This document shows positions 60,703 to 64,000 of a stretch of 64,000 nt of DNA, one piece after another. The notes beneath the pieces were generated by a model that saw only the letters and a program-made list of their open reading frames with translations, was not told where the DNA came from and searched no databases. Each line of letters starts with the position of its first letter. Positions within the stretch are counted from its first letter, which is position 1. Where the stretch lies: positions 2,232,001 through 2,296,000 of the forward strand of contig BQFW01000002.1 of the NCBI GenBank assembly GCA_020891255.1. Direction: 5' to 3'. The DNA is from Entomortierella parvispora E1425. Its lineage: Eukaryota; Fungi; Mortierellomycota. A program made the position numbers and the translations under genes.

Positions 60703-61105
60703 ATGCCAACTCCCCGTCCTCGCCTTCCTCACCAAGACCAGAACCGACCTGACAACGCCAACTCCACCGCCAATTCCACTACCATTTCCACCTCAACTGG
60801 ACAACCGCTCTATTCCACTCCGATTGAAACCACCGCCTCCGACGCTCGACCACACCAGCACTCCGCCGTCGCCAGTCCCCTGAACAGCCCCGATACCTCT
60901 TCCGTCGACCGCTTTACTGCCTCGGAAAACCAACGCGACCATGTTACTGATAGCAATCCACAAACCAATGCCCTCCAATCGAATGCACCTCTCGGACTCT
61001 ACAGGAATGTAGGTGACGATGCTGCAGGATCGCTCTCGACCTCTCAGAGTCAAGCTCACAAGATCGCTCTTGTTCAGGCCAGACTCTTTTCGCAGCAGCT
61101 GATGA

Positions 61106-61141
<36 letters not shown>

Positions 61142-64000
61142 GCTACCAACGTTATCCAACACAGCAACAGCCACCGATAGGAACACGCGCTATCTTTTCA
61201 GGAGGACTACGAGGAGTCGGCATTGGAGAATCCGACTTTGGAGAAGGAGAGCGACCTGCAGTTGGCTCCGTGGTGAGTGGCCGTCCTGGGAGCATATCTG
61301 CTAGCTCGCATGGAGGGTCGAGCCCAGTCCTGGGAAGCGTCGCAGTGGAAGGCCGCACGGAGCAAACTCTTCTCCTGGTGCGGCCACTTTGGGTTCAGGA
61401 CCAAGACGCATCTACTTGCCATATCTGTGCCAGGACCTTCAATGCTATGCGGCGAAAGGTATGTTTATGTTTTGTGTTCAAGTTTGTTCTTGGTGTTTGT
61501 TGTTTGCTTTTACCCACGATTGCTTTGCTTTTGTGAGTGTAATCAACGCCTCCCTCTGTGTCAGCATGGGCGACCAGTCTATTCCGAACGCGTCTGAAAT
61601 TGGCAGACGCGAACAGGGAGGGCCTGGGCTTATCGACGGAGAATGAACAATGAGCAAAGCAATACGCCATCACATCGCGCCTGTGGTTGTTGTTGTGTGC
61701 GCACGTGTAATGCGACATTTTGACCCGAACTAACCTTGTGTCATCAACCTCCGTGCTCCCCGCTTCTGATATCTTCTGATTTTCATGGCATCATCCACAG
61801 CACCATTGTCGCCAATGGTAAAGCAACGCCTTCCAATGACACCACACCTTTCACCGCAGTCTTCAACACCCCCTCCCTCGCATTGGAACATTTGATCACA
61901 CTCACTGACTTTGAGCTCGCTCTATCTCTCTTCTTTCTATGACGACTATCTCTACAGTGGCAACGTTCTCTGTCACGACTGCAGCGCCCAAAGCATTGCC
62001 TTGCCGCAGCTGGGATACACAAAGGCCGTGCGAGTGTGCAGCAACTGCTTCGAGGTGGCGTACCTCGTCGCATACTGCCTTTCTGATGATCTGGGGCCAT
62101 CTACACAGGTGAAGCATTTACCAAGTGCCGCAGTACTACTCATCGCAAAAAAAAAAACAGTGTAAGAATTTTTTTTGACAAACGCCTGGTTCGAAAATGA
62201 CGGGTTGACTTTCATATAGATACATGGAGCTCGTGGTCTGTATGAACTGGTAGAGTCCAACAAAGGTATACCCCGAAAGTGTATGCTCGGAAAAAAAGTC
62301 GTCGTCTTGGTATGGAGTGTCTCGTTTAACCAGCCTCGCTTTGTTGTAGTCTCGACTTTAGAGAACGTGGTGGACCATGGAGGAGTGGATGCCTTGATAT
62401 ATCTTTGCAACAAGATTCATGGGTTCGAACTGCATGCCCTAGCAACATCCTCTTTGGCTATTTTGGCAGAGCATGGTAAGGCTGCTCCTTATATGCAGCG
62501 CAAGTGAATTTGATTCTAAGGGTCACTTTACTAACTTGACTCTACCTCAGAATCCACTCAAGGTGTTCTCATCGCAAAAGGAGCGATGCCTACTCTCTTT
62601 AATCTTGTAGGAATCTATGCTCTCCAGGCGATGACTGCGGCCAGACCTCCATCACCTCCTCCCATGTCGCTGCTGCGCATGGCTTCTACCATGTCCCTGC
62701 ACTCCAAGAACGCTAGGCGCGTTGAAACCGTGGTGGTTGTTCTTATGAACATCACTCACATCGTGTATCATCTGGTGTACCACCGTAAGTCGCTTCCTTT
62801 GTTTTTAAACTTGGGTGTTTCATTGGAAACAGGACTTTTAGCTCATTCAGTATCGGACCTTTGGGTATATAGAGGAACTTGCGAAGCAGTTGGTACGTGA
62901 TGGAGCTCTGGATAGCCTCATGAGTCTCTCCGTTTACTTTCCAGCTGAAGTTCGTACGCGCGCCACGGAGCGAGCAATTCGCTCAATGGCCTTGGCCAAG
63001 GAAAGCGATGGGCTGGAAAACAGGACTGTAAACGACAGTGACGAGGAATTGTCTGGGACACCCTCCTCGATAACTCCACCAATTGATGAAGGTGAAGAAC
63101 ATTCGGTCTTGGCGATGGACGAAGTGTTCCACGTTCGTTTGGAAAACATGCAAGGAATCGCAGCAAAGTGCATTTCTGTCTTGGCTTCCAACGTGTCTAG
63201 TCAAACTTTTCTTGTCGATGATCCAGAGAGAATCGACCGCTTGGTTCAGCTCCTGTACTCCACCAATCCAGAAGTGGTCAAGTATGCCTCCAAGACCATG
63301 GCTTACCTGTCACTGAGGAACGATCGATTTAAGCCCAACCTCGTGAGAGGCTCTGGCGCTGCTGCCTTGCTTTCCGTGATTTGGTCTGGAGCCGGAGCAT
63401 CCCTGGACGATGACTCGCCCTCTGCTGGAAAGGCGCTATCGGAGGCGGTGTCCCACTCCTGCTGCGCCCTCGCTAATTTGGCGACCAATACGGAATCACA
63501 AGAAATCCTCATGACGCATTTGGACCTCCTGAATGCGGCGTGCTCTGTTGTTGGTCGCTTCCCGCATCAACAGGAAATTGAGCGTCATGTCGCTCGACTA
63601 ATTGCCAACCTGGCATTGTATGGTAAGAGAGCACTCTAGTGCAACATCTACAATTTTTGTGTTTATTCATCTAACATTTCTTTTGTTTTTCTTTCGTGAA
63701 TAGAGCAAAACAAACTATCGCTGTTGACTGGAAGCGGATCTCCTTCAGATAATATCCATTTTGAGCAAGGCCAAAGCCCACGACCACAGACAGCCGCCTT
63801 TCCACTCCGCCATTCCTCCCCCTTGCCTCGCCGTGCAAAGGGAAATGTTATTCCTACCCTCCTCTATATTGGAGCCCTTACCCTGGAGAGGGCCGATGGA
63901 GTCAATCTTGATATGAACAGCGATTCTTCTCAACCCCTTCGTGATCAGGATAGCTTGGACTTCATGAACGATGACAGGAATACGACTGAATACTCTGATG
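60703..64000 (+). CDS. FYVE zinc finger + armadillo-repeat protein, 3' end beyond the window
   Basis: WVQD...CHIC...F...RRK|HHCRQC|GNVLCHDCS...VRVCSNC is assembled across a 17-nt microexon (61801-61817). ARM-like repeats follow: GGVDALIYL, GALDSLMSL, LVQLLYS.NPEVVKYA..MAYL, ALANLA, VARLIANLALY. Confidence 0.88.

Noticed and set aside
31032-62349. Stop-free introns of 3n length (ATP21 31032-31139, carrier 47945-48049, TEL2 57120-57203, FYVE-ARM 62266-62349)
   Set aside because: A handful is expected by chance among several dozen short introns, and there is no evidence of retention.
1-64000. Numerous short antisense or alternate-frame ORFs in the track; tRNA, rRNA, snRNA or CRISPR-like sequences
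   Set aside because: The ORFs are shadows of real exons or low-complexity tracts. GGTTCGA-like matches lack cloverleaf context, and no rRNA, snRNA or repeat-spacer array was recognised.

Overview
Gene-dense, intron-rich fungal nuclear DNA. Short GT-AG introns, CT-rich 5' UTRs, poly-Q tracts and expanded F-box-like genes suggest an early-diverging fungus, most likely Mortierellaceae/Mucoromycota (inference). The first ~6.7 kb is a PIF/Harbinger-type transposon locus. It holds a truncated transposase paralog, a solo-LTR-like insertion with a 4-bp TSD, a Myb/SANT-like gene, a small spliced orphan gene and an apparently intact DDE transposase. The rest holds about 21 host genes, mostly in alternating divergent and convergent pairs: GatB, a USP-domain protein, a homeodomain TF, a Sel1-repeat protein, SKP1, adenylate cyclase, a PHD-F-box protein, UPF1, eIF2D, ATP synthase subunit e, PAN2, two F-box-like proteins, SNIP1/Pml1, FIT/Scs3, PUF60, a bacterial-type EF-P with a mitochondrial-type presequence, a mitochondrial carrier, Treslin/Sld3, TEL2 and a FYVE-armadillo protein running off the right end. 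The most striking items are the spliced, apparently mitochondria-targeted EF-P with Arg at the loop tip, the four-gene Harbinger locus, the PHD-F-box fusion, the Treslin with a metazoan-like N-terminal domain, and PACE-like motifs upstream of SKP1. Exon junctions were reconstructed by eye. Family assignments come from recognised motifs; no database searches were run.
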